Virus record (IMG/VR): IMGVR_UViG_3300025697_000003
Reading direction: 5' to 3' (one strand)
Length of the DNA: 64,000 nt
Source: a virus
The translations under genes were made by a program, and so were the position numbers. The notes beneath the pieces are model-generated. The model made no database searches and was not told the origin of the DNA. It saw only the letters and a program-made list of their open reading frames with translations. Below are positions 34,374 through 41,104 of this stretch, piece after piece; positions within the stretch are counted from its first letter, which is position 1, and every line of letters begins with the position of its first letter.

Positions 34374-35501
34374 TTATACATTCACCGGCATAACTACCCA
34401 CGATTGAAGCACGCGCCCCGGGACTGTATCTGGAGAGCTTGAGAACGTCCCCGCCTGCAGTCGCCCCCCGAGAGATACGCGCACTGTTTCAGATTTCCCG
34501 AACTTTAGAACGTCCTCGAGTAGCGAACCGTTAAAGCTCACCGGCTCACCGTCCGCGCTTGGTGAATCGTCAAGCCTTACATTTTCGCTATAGCTCCCGA
34601 GGTCACGGCAACCGCTGGACATCTGCAGAACACTAGAACCGCCTACAGTGGCAAGCGTTACCGCTAAGGAATCACGAAAGGCGACAATGAGCCCGCGCCT
34701 TACCGCCGATAGCAAGGCTTTTCTATTCACTGTGAACTCTACCGCGCACGCTTTGGGAATTACGCGCTCAAAATCCGGGAACTCCTCAGGGATACCCCGC
34801 AACTGATAGCAAGCAGACGCGAAAGAGACCACAAGCCGCTCATAATCCCCGTGGATAATTTCAAGCCGCACGCTTTCCGAGGACTTAACAAGCGTTGCAA
34901 TCCTGGCCAGTTCTGCAGCATTGACTAGGACGGCCCCTTCTTCGTTGCAATCCGTAGCGAACTCCTCAAGCAGTAGACGGAAACCGTCTGTAGAGGCGAA
35001 CTTGACGCGCCCCTCGCTATATATCACGTTGACACCTGCAAGCTCTGGACGATTCCCGGTTTTTGAGCTCGCCGCCTTGAGTCGCTTTGTTAGCCCCTTG
35101 AACACGTCGCCGGCGAATACTCCGAGTGTGAAGCTCGGAGCCGCGCCCGGTGTATCTGGGTAGTCCTCAATGGTCAGAGTCGGAATGACCGCGCCCCCGA
35201 TTGTCAGAGTACCGGCCTCAGTTGATAGAACAACCTCACCGGCTGGAAGTTTCCCGGTTATCTTTGCCAGTATCGACGCGGACACAATAACGGAATCCGG
35301 CCCCTCGTCTTTATAGGTCAAGCAGTCAGGGGACGAATAACCCCACGTTTGCAGATTCGTTGCGGACAACTGCAACTCCCCGGGTAGTGCGTCAATACGA
35401 ACCGTCTGCAGGATAGGCATTCTTGAGGACTTACCCCCCGCAACCTTTCCCGCTTGCTTAACTGCTTGCTGCAGCTCTTTTGCTTCAATGATGGCCTGCA
35501 T
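34374..35501 (-). CDS. dnaN: DNA polymerase III beta sliding clamp
   Basis: 376 aa. MQAIIEAKELQQAVKQAGKVAGGKSSRMPILQTVRIDALPGELQLSATNLQTW...TIEDYPDTP matches the beta-clamp layout. Confidence 0.75.
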   Translation of the reverse strand: MQAIIEAKELQQAVKQAGKVAGGKSSRMPILQTVRIDALPGELQLSATNLQTWGYSSPDCLTYKDEGPDSVIVSASILAKITGKLPAGEVVLSTEAGTLTIGGAVIPTLTIEDYPDTPGAAPSFTLGVFAGDVFKGLTKRLKAASSKTGNRPELAGVNVIYSEGRVKFASTDGFRLLLEEFATDCNEEGAVLVNAAELARIATLVKSSESVRLEIIHGDYERLVVSFASACYQLRGIPEEFPDFERVIPKACAVEFTVNRKALLSAVRRGLIVAFRDSLAVTLATVGGSSVLQMSSGCRDLGSYSENVRLDDSPSADGEPVSFNGSLLEDVLKFGKSETVRVSLGGRLQAGTFSSSPDTVPGRVLQSWVVMPVNV

Positions 35502-35503
35502 GG

Positions 35504-35896
35504 TTACACCGCCCCGATTGTTTCCGCGTATCGTTCGGTTTCCTGATCGTGGTTGTGACAAATCCCCGCAATCATTGCACCCTCTGAGCCGCGCACGTGC
35601 AAACGGATGTAGCAGCACTGAGCCCCCCGCGCTTGATTGTCAAACGACTTGTCTAAGCCCTTACCGCTTACCTCGTTCCTGGACAACCCCAGCCGCGTGA
35701 CGTTGTTCTCACCGTCAATCAACGTCTGGAGATTCGATAGGACGGCATCGATAAACTCCGGGTTCCCGTCAATCCGCACCCCGCACGCGCCATACGTCGA
35801 ACCCTTGGCCTTATACGGCAATGGCGCCATATACTGTAGGGGATCCTGACCGGGTGAGAGTTCCTTCCATGTTTGCAGTGCTTCCTTCTTTAGCAT
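35504..35896 (-). CDS. hypothetical protein, first gene of the minus-strand operon
   Basis: GAGGTGAT RBS 7 nt upstream. The stop lies 2 nt before the dnaN ATG. Confidence 0.5.
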   Translation of the reverse strand: MLKKEALQTWKELSPGQDPLQYMAPLPYKAKGSTYGACGVRIDGNPEFIDAVLSNLQTLIDGENNVTRLGLSRNEVSGKGLDKSFDNQARGAQCCYIRLHVRGSEGAMIAGICHNHDQETERYAETIGAV

Positions 35897-35949
35897 CTCG
35901 TATCACCTCAATCAGATATTACCTATAAATGGCGACAGTCTCAATACCC

Positions 35950-35979
35950 TTGCCCCGTCGCTATGTCTCGCCGTATAAT
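35950..35979 (+). promoter_or_regulatory. sigma70-like promoter TTGCCC-N18-TATAAT
   Basis: Perfect -10 hexamer at 35974-35979. Points toward the 36371 gene. Confidence 0.45.
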
Positions 35980-35985
35980 GGTCGT

Positions 35986-36370
35986 ATGTCACGCTTATCC
36001 CTTTCACGCAGCACGAAGAAGAATAACGCCGAAAACGCAGCAGGGCTGCAAAGGACAGCACCCCATCTAACACGGAAGCCTGGGGTGCCAAAGGAGTGTC
36101 TTTCGACGGGTCCTTGCTGCTCAGCCCTGTCATTTCCCCGTGACGCGAGCAGTCGTCTTCCAGGGCCACACTTTGCTGGATACGGAGAGTTCGCATGGTC
36201 GCTCCCTCATCCGTCCCTCGACCTTGACCGCGGCTTGGACCATCAAGTACGGTTATCGGCATGGGTAGGGTTCATGTGTTGCAGCACTACGCTGATCAAG
36301 ACAATCACCCCCTTTGTAGTCCACGCGGGACTACCACACAGAATAGGCGAGAACTGATGGAAGAGTCAAT
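35986..36370 (+). other. ~385-nt apparently non-coding, GC-rich, stem-rich region (long leader or ncRNA candidate)
   Basis: Local stems include GCACCCCA-N15-TGGGGTGC (36058-36088), GCAGC-AGG-GCTGC and GTAGTCC-ACGCG-GGACTAC. The ORFs here have Arg/Ser/Pro-rich non-protein-like composition. Confidence 0.35.
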
Positions 36371-37258
36371 ATGAGGGATGACAATCCTCTAACAATGGCA
36401 GACCTCCCATCATTCCCGATAGAACGGGAGAGATACGGCCCTTTGTACGCTTTCTGGGACGGGGTTGCGCCAATGTACATGGAAGAGGTGTATACTCTTC
36501 CCAATATGACTCTATGTGTCGCAGTTGCAGCAAAAGACGGTGTTGTTTTGGGTACAGATACACAGGAAACACGATCGGATGGATCCAAACGCAATGGCGT
36601 CAGCAAGATTGTAGAAGTTAGCGACACGATGGCCGTAGGGCTTTCTGGAACTGGGAATGTTGCCAAGGGTATTCTAGGACACCATGGCCTATTGGAACAT
36701 GCGCGAAGTCTGAAAGACGCAGACCAGATCGGAGACTTCTTCGGCAGTTGCTTCCTGGGAAGCGTCCAAGGGCACTCGCATAGGCCAGACTTTTATAGGG
36801 AAACATATGACTTGAAAAACGGTGCGGTTGATCCGAAAGTTCTAGATCTGCGACTACTGCTTGCATCCTTCGACGGGGAAGCATCTATTGGAGAGGTATC
36901 TCCTCAGACTGGCTATTCATTTGCCCCGATGCAGAGAGCGCATTGCATAGGAGTAAATGCCTTTGCAAACGCCCTCCTTCCAACGCTTGCCCCAATTGGG
37001 AAGCCTTTGCCAACAGTTGCCGAAGCAGAGATAATTGTGGCGTTATGCCTGATGGTTACAGCAGATCGCTTTTATGGTGTCGGCGAGCCATTTGACATTG
37101 TGAGGATTACAAAGGGAAAGATAGAGCGATATAGCACCGCAGAGAAACCACAAGTGTTGAAATCGGCTAGGAAGTTGTGCAAAGCATGGAAAGAAATGTT
37201 CAGGATCATCTCTGAAGAAGCGTCTAGCAACTCTGAAGAACTAAATCCATCAACTTAG
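36371..37258 (+). CDS. proteasome beta-subunit/HslV-like Ntn threonine protease
   Basis: TLCVAVAAKDGVVLGTDTQETRSDGSKRNGVSKI places Thr1, Asp17 and Lys33 at canonical spacing counted from Thr47. GLSGTG follows. Alternative start Met46 (ATG 36506) lies directly before the Thr. Confidence 0.65.
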   Translation: MRDDNPLTMADLPSFPIERERYGPLYAFWDGVAPMYMEEVYTLPNMTLCVAVAAKDGVVLGTDTQETRSDGSKRNGVSKIVEVSDTMAVGLSGTGNVAKGILGHHGLLEHARSLKDADQIGDFFGSCFLGSVQGHSHRPDFYRETYDLKNGAVDPKVLDLRLLLASFDGEASIGEVSPQTGYSFAPMQRAHCIGVNAFANALLPTLAPIGKPLPTVAEAEIIVALCLMVTADRFYGVGEPFDIVRITKGKIERYSTAEKPQVLKSARKLCKAWKEMFRIISEEASSNSEELNPST

Positions 37259-37514
37259 CCCTTTCATCCCTGTGCGAGCATCTAAACGCGAACTCATCCA
37301 GATATTCCTGTAGATGGATGGCCGATACATGATGGTAGACACCGACGAGTCCTCGCTTGAAAAGCGACCACGCATTCTCCACATGGTTCACGTGCACACC
37401 ATTCTCTGAGTAGTGGAGCCAATGATTGACAGTACGATGTAGCCCGAACTTGGACAGGATCTTGAACCGCCGCGCTTGGTCTGTGTAGATCGTCTTGACA
37501 TAACCAAGGTTCAT
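37224..37514 (-). pseudogene. IS1595-family (ISXO2-like) transposase, C-terminal fragment
   Basis: HRTVNH...GVHVNHVENAWSLFKRGLVGVYHHVSAIHLQEYLDEFAFRCSHR. The N-terminal Zn-ribbon and first catalytic region are missing, and an in-frame stop lies just upstream. Confidence 0.65.
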
Positions 37515-37703
37515 GGTACATACGCGGTTGATCTCAGCGTGAGTGAGCCTATCAATGCGTGTGTCCTAAGTGCAAAAACCCTTATTGGGATAGACCTAGA
37601 CGCGATTCACAGAAGAAGAACTAACACACACAAGGTAGGTGCGCTCTTGAATTCACAAGGCCTAATTCCGTACTCTGCTGCATCAAAGGGATAAGGGGGT
37701 CGT

Positions 37704-38411
37704 ATGTCCTCAAATGGTACAACCAAGAAAAGGGTAACAGATTACGATTGGCCCGCTTTGCTCGCTGAATTCCTTACCCAGCCTACGATGTCTATTCAAG
37801 ATTTCGCAGAGTTCAAGGGTGTACCGTTCTCCACTGTCAAGAATCACAGCGATAAGAAAGGCGATTGGATAACCAAGCGTAATCAGCATTACAGAGAGAT
37901 CCACCAACTCACTTTCGATCGTATCGCAGGCATCATTGCCGAAACTCGTGCAGATGACATCTCATCTTTCAGAGCACTAGAAGAACGCCTGCAGGCCGTT
38001 GTCCTCAAATCGCTTGAATTGCTATTCCCGCCAGAAGATGCACCGCTTGAGGCCGTTCTAGCAGCAACCGCACGACTCGAGGAAATGTCAGCGGACAAAC
38101 TAAGCACGATCATAAACACCGGCATGAGAACGCTAACCGAGACAGGCAGGCATCGACGTCTATTATCTGGACAAGCAACCGCCATTTTCTCGCGTGCTGA
38201 ATTGCCCGATATTGAGCTTCCTATCCCGCTGGAAGAAGCTAAAATGTTGGAATTACGCAGCAGATTAGCACAACAAGCCCTCAACGCTATCGACAACGGG
38301 CAACCGCTTGACGTGGAGTACACCGTGGCAGAATCGCCTGAGATCGCCGGAGATCCTGACCCCGTGGCCAGTTCCGCCGGTTCGCCTGGAGTTCGCCGCC
38401 ACAAAGAATAG
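37704..38411 (+). CDS. hypothetical protein with N-terminal HTH-like region (small-terminase-like by eye)
   Basis: AAGGGGG RBS. MSIQDFAEFKGVPFSTVKNH followed by a long helical region. Confidence 0.4.
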   Translation: MSSNGTTKKRVTDYDWPALLAEFLTQPTMSIQDFAEFKGVPFSTVKNHSDKKGDWITKRNQHYREIHQLTFDRIAGIIAETRADDISSFRALEERLQAVVLKSLELLFPPEDAPLEAVLAATARLEEMSADKLSTIINTGMRTLTETGRHRRLLSGQATAIFSRAELPDIELPIPLEEAKMLELRSRLAQQALNAIDNGQPLDVEYTVAESPEIAGDPDPVASSAGSPGVRRHKE

Positions 38412-38413
38412 CC

Positions 38414-38442
38414 GTGTATACGTTACTGGATAAGGTATACAC
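38414..38442. promoter_or_regulatory. inverted repeat GTGTATAC-N13-GTATACAC
   Basis: Direct reading. Lies between convergent gene ends. Confidence 0.6.
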
Positions 38443-38456
38443 TCGATTTCGCCAAC

Positions 38457-38795
38457 TCACTCATAGCCAAGCTCGCGGTACAGTATCGCCCTGAGGTAGG
38501 CGGCTTTCGTTAGTTCGCCCTCCTGTATTCGCTTGGATAGCAAGTCTTCAACTATTGGGCACACTCGGAACGTGAGAAGGACAGAGTTCGCCTTATCGCT
38601 ATCCTGTAGGGGTATACATGCCGGTTCGCCCTTGTGTATACGTGTAGGGGTGGCCGGTTCGCCTGTTTCAACCCGTGAAACGATCTGTGACGCTTGCGCC
38701 ATTCTCTCTTTCTTCAAGCAAGCAGTACACTTGCCGTATTGCTTCTCTACTGTAGACAGGATGGGAGCTTGACATACCTTGCAACGTGTAGCCAT
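38457..38795 (-). CDS. Zn-ribbon plus ribbon-helix-helix-like DNA-binding protein
   Basis: CKVCQ...CTAC N-terminus. C-terminal VLLTFRVCPIVEDLLSKRIQEGELTKAAYLRAILYREL fits a strand-helix-helix pattern. Confidence 0.5.
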   Translation of the reverse strand: MATRCKVCQAPILSTVEKQYGKCTACLKKERMAQASQIVSRVETGEPATPTRIHKGEPACIPLQDSDKANSVLLTFRVCPIVEDLLSKRIQEGELTKAAYLRAILYRELGYE

Positions 38796-38811
38796 ACTTC
38801 ACCAACTCCAT

Positions 38812-38838
38812 TGTATACGTGATGGCATCGAGTATACA
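38812..38838. promoter_or_regulatory. inverted repeat TGTATAC-N13-GTATACA just upstream of the 38795 gene start
   Basis: Same architecture as the site at 38414-38442. Confidence 0.6.
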
Positions 38839-38848
38839 GTGCGATAGC

Positions 38849-38884
38849 CAAAGAGAAAAGGGCGTCCAGTGCTGCAGACGCCCC
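38849..38884 (-). terminator. rho-independent terminator (minus strand)
   Basis: Minus sense: GGGCGTC-tgcagcactg-GACGCCC followed by TTTTCTCTTT. Confidence 0.65.
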
Positions 38885-38897
38885 TGATCTCCCCTCA

Positions 38898-39041
38898 CTA
38901 GCAAGCGTAGGGATTCTCCTCACTGAACACGATGAACATAGCTTTGGGGTCAATGCCGTCATACTCGCACGCCTTGAGCCAACGCTCTCGATAGGATAGA
39001 AGCACGATCTCTACGGGTCCGTCTGTCATTGTCTTAGGCAT
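38898..39041 (-). CDS. hypothetical small protein (47 aa)
   Basis: ATG overlaps the upstream stop (ACAATGCCTAA). MPKTMTDGPVEIVLLSYRERWLKACEYDGIDPKAMFIVFSEENPYAC. Below the ORF-track cutoff. Confidence 0.4.
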   Translation of the reverse strand: MPKTMTDGPVEIVLLSYRERWLKACEYDGIDPKAMFIVFSEENPYAC

Positions 39042-39366
39042 TGTCTTCCTCCTCGTTGTTGTTGCCCTGCAGCCTGGCCAGTACCACAGCCAGGCTAGCG
39101 CGTTGCGTCGCTGTCATAGCTTCGACGTGTACTTGGTTGTTCACGATGTGAAGCACCTTCCTAGCGTGATTGATCGCTCGCCGTTTAATGCTTCTGCGAT
39201 GTGCTCCCATGTTGAATGGGTGCAGAAGGATCCAGTTCCATTTAATGCAGGGGGACTGAGCTCCTCGCCAAATATAGAATAGCGTTGAACTCTGGCACAT
39301 ATAATCTGGCCATCGCCTAGGCAGTTGACTGTCTTTGCTTCTTCCCTTGCTCGTCGTGCTGTCCAC
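39034..39366 (-). CDS. hypothetical protein (frame B; the 3' part looks protein-like and is coupled to the downstream gene)
   Basis: GTG start without an RBS. The C-terminal RRSIKRRAINHARKVLHIVNNQVHVEAMTATQRASLAVVLARL is helical. Confidence 0.3.
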   Translation of the reverse strand: MDSTTSKGRSKDSQLPRRWPDYMCQSSTLFYIWRGAQSPCIKWNWILLHPFNMGAHRRSIKRRAINHARKVLHIVNNQVHVEAMTATQRASLAVVLARLQGNNNEEEDNA

Positions 39367-39377
39367 TTCTGAGTCAT
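39141..39377 (-). CDS. hypothetical protein (frame A; has the good RBS)
   Basis: GAGGTG sits 6 nt before ATG 39377. Overlaps frame B throughout. Confidence 0.3.
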   Translation of the reverse strand: MTQKWTARRAREEAKTVNCLGDGQIICARVQRYSIFGEELSPPALNGTGSFCTHSTWEHIAEALNGERSITLGRCFTS

Positions 39378-39441
39378 ATCCATCACCTCACTGTTAGATG
39401 TACCATCATAGCGAATCCCTATAGGGTAATACTAGGGAACA

Positions 39442-39629
39442 GTGTCACCTTTCTATCTGGACACGTGTCACTTAATGGGCAGTGTGTGACATGGATGAGC
39501 GGATGAGCCTAGGCGACACGGATGAGCCGAGCCGAGCATGCCGAGCATGTCACACAATCAAACGGATGAGCGGATGAGCGACACGGATGAGCGCATGCCG
39601 AGCGCATGCCGGCACCGGGATCGATGAGC
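39442..39629. repeat. iteron-like array: GGATGAGC x6 (+1 variant), GCATGCCGAGC-type repeats, GTGTCAC/GTGTGAC motifs
   Basis: GGATGAGC at 39493, 39501, 39520, 39564, 39572 and 39585. CGATGAGC at 39622. The composite unit GGATGAGCGGATGAGC..CGACACGGATGAGC occurs twice. Confidence 0.75.
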
Positions 39630-39682
39630 TGTTCGGATCCCGTATGGCCCCGATTGCACGACCAACGGGAGAGGGGGGAGGT

Positions 39683-39734
39683 TGCTCAAGATTTTCTGGT
39701 AATAATTTGAAAAGGGCATGCTCAAGATTTTCTG
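39683..39734. repeat. 16-bp perfect direct repeat TGCTCAAGATTTTCTG x2
   Basis: Copies at 39683-39698 and 39719-39734, each followed by TTTGAAAAG or TTTCAAAAG. Confidence 0.8.
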
Positions 39735-39836
39735 CTCCCAGTTTCAAAAGTGCCAATTCGAAACATCTTTTAATCCTAGCTGGATTTCTTTTGGAGGGGG
39801 GGGTGCCATTTTTTATTTCTGAAATTTCCAGCGAAC

Positions 39837-39865
39837 TTGCATCACCTGAGAGTTTCTAGTAGGAT
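39837..39865 (+). promoter_or_regulatory. candidate promoter TTGCAT-N17-TAGGAT (TGCATCACCT family)
   Basis: TTGCATCACCTGAGAGTTTCTAGTAGGAT, upstream of the ThyX-like/dcd genes. Confidence 0.5.
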
Positions 39866-40025
39866 AGGTGCATGGCCAAGAAGGAAGTGCGGACAGACGG
39901 AGATGAAGACACAGGCAGGTATTGTCCATGCAGCAGGATCCCTAAGAGCTGGTGGGTGAAGTTAAGGTACAGGCCACGAGATGTGAGGATGAAGAACTGT
40001 CGGACTGACGATGATTGATAGGAGA

Positions 40026-40556
40026 ATGAAGATGAAAGTAGAGATTCTGCGTGAAGCTGGATTTGAAGAAGCACTGCTGGGGATATCTCTGAGCTACAAC
40101 AGTGGTGGAGATATGAAAGTGGTTGCTGACAAGCTGGTAAAGAGAGGCGGGAGTCATTCGAAGTTTCTCGAGAGCATTGCAGTGTGGCTGGATATCGAAG
40201 CTCCTCGATATTGGTGGCAGCAATTTGCTACATATCGTATTGGGACATCTGCTCAATCAGAATCTACGATGCACACGCTGCTTGATGGAGAGCTCACTGA
40301 AGATAACTTCTCGTGTGAGGTACATGATGTGTATCTTGACATCATCAACGCAGTGATCAAGGCAGGAGATCTTGCCCATGCGAAAGGACTTCTTCCTGAG
40401 TCCTTCCTACAGCGGCGGATTGTCTGCACGAACTACATGGCGTTGAAGCGGATGATCCAGCAGCGACGGCACCACAAGCTGATAGAATGGCAGATATTCT
40501 GTACTCAAGTTGTGATACAGGCAGAGCATCCAGAGTTTCTTGAGGTGGCGAAATGA
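40026..40556 (+). CDS. ThyX-like protein with a degenerate RHR signature
   Basis: Alignable by eye to ThyX: FLESIAVWLDIEAPRYWWQQFATYRIGTSAQSES versus F.F.I...R....Q..RHR..S.SQ.S. C-terminal RRHHKLIEWQI versus R..SHAQWEI. It carries TYR in place of RHR. Confidence 0.55.
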   Translation: MKMKVEILREAGFEEALLGISLSYNSGGDMKVVADKLVKRGGSHSKFLESIAVWLDIEAPRYWWQQFATYRIGTSAQSESTMHTLLDGELTEDNFSCEVHDVYLDIINAVIKAGDLAHAKGLLPESFLQRRIVCTNYMALKRMIQQRRHHKLIEWQIFCTQVVIQAEHPEFLEVAK

Positions 40557-41104
40557 TTCTTAACGACAGACAGATCCACGAGTTGTGCATGTTTTCAGAC
40601 GATCCAATGATCAAGCCATTCCTATCTATGCAGGTAGGCAAGCCATCGTTCGGCTTGGGCTCCTTCGGTTATGACCTAAGACTAGGAAGTAATTTCCTTC
40701 TGGCATCACGGATTGACATCATCGCTGACCCGATCGATTACGATTCGAATCTATGCCATGTTCTCAAGCGCGAGGACGAGTTTATCCTGCATCCTGGACA
40801 CCACGTCCTAACTGAGTCCGTGGAGACGTTTAACATGCCTAACGATGTCTGTGGAGTGTGCTGGGGCAAGTCGTCTTACGCTCGTTGCGGGCTTTTGGTG
40901 AACGTAACGCCGCTGGAGCCTGGATGGAAAGGAATTCTGACTCTTGAGTTGGCGAATGTGTCTCCGAATCCGATTCGATTGCATGTCGGCAAAGGGATCG
41001 CACAGGTAGTCTTCTTCCGAGGCGAGAGGCCGGATCGAACGTACACTGAGAAAGAGAGCGGCGGCATATATCAGAATCAGATTGGAGTTACAGTTCCGCA
41101 GTAA
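40553..41104 (+). CDS. dcd: dCTP deaminase (dUTPase superfamily)
   Basis: MILNDRQI...GSFGYDLRLG...GKSSYARCGLLVNVTPLEPGWKGILTLELANVSP...GIAQVVFF. Confidence 0.85.
   Translation: MILNDRQIHELCMFSDDPMIKPFLSMQVGKPSFGLGSFGYDLRLGSNFLLASRIDIIADPIDYDSNLCHVLKREDEFILHPGHHVLTESVETFNMPNDVCGVCWGKSSYARCGLLVNVTPLEPGWKGILTLELANVSPNPIRLHVGKGIAQVVFFRGERPDRTYTEKESGGIYQNQIGVTVPQ

Noticed and set aside
35890-35915. ATCACCTC motif resembling the TGCATCACCT promoter family, plus a second copy at 39377-39392.
   Set aside because: On the minus strand these read GAGGTGAT located 6-7 nt before the ATGs of the minus-strand genes (35896 and 39377). They are Shine-Dalgarno sites complementary to the 16S 3' end, not plus-strand promoters.
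35912-36357. 116-aa minus-strand and 142-aa plus-strand ORFs in the gap upstream of the proteasome-like gene.
   Set aside because: Their translations are Arg/Ser/Pro-rich and neither has an RBS. Long random ORFs are expected in GC-rich sequence, so the region is treated as non-coding.
39442-39760. Possible CRISPR array suggested by the many short direct repeats.
   Set aside because: The repeats are 8-16 bp, adjacent or irregularly spaced, with no 25-40-bp unique spacers, and no cas genes are present. They fit iterons or operators better.
40553-41104. dCTP deaminase as a nucleotide-depletion defence gene.
   Set aside because: It is a small (183 aa) canonical Dcd without the extra N-terminal domain of defensive deaminases. 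It sits in a phage nucleotide-metabolism pair.
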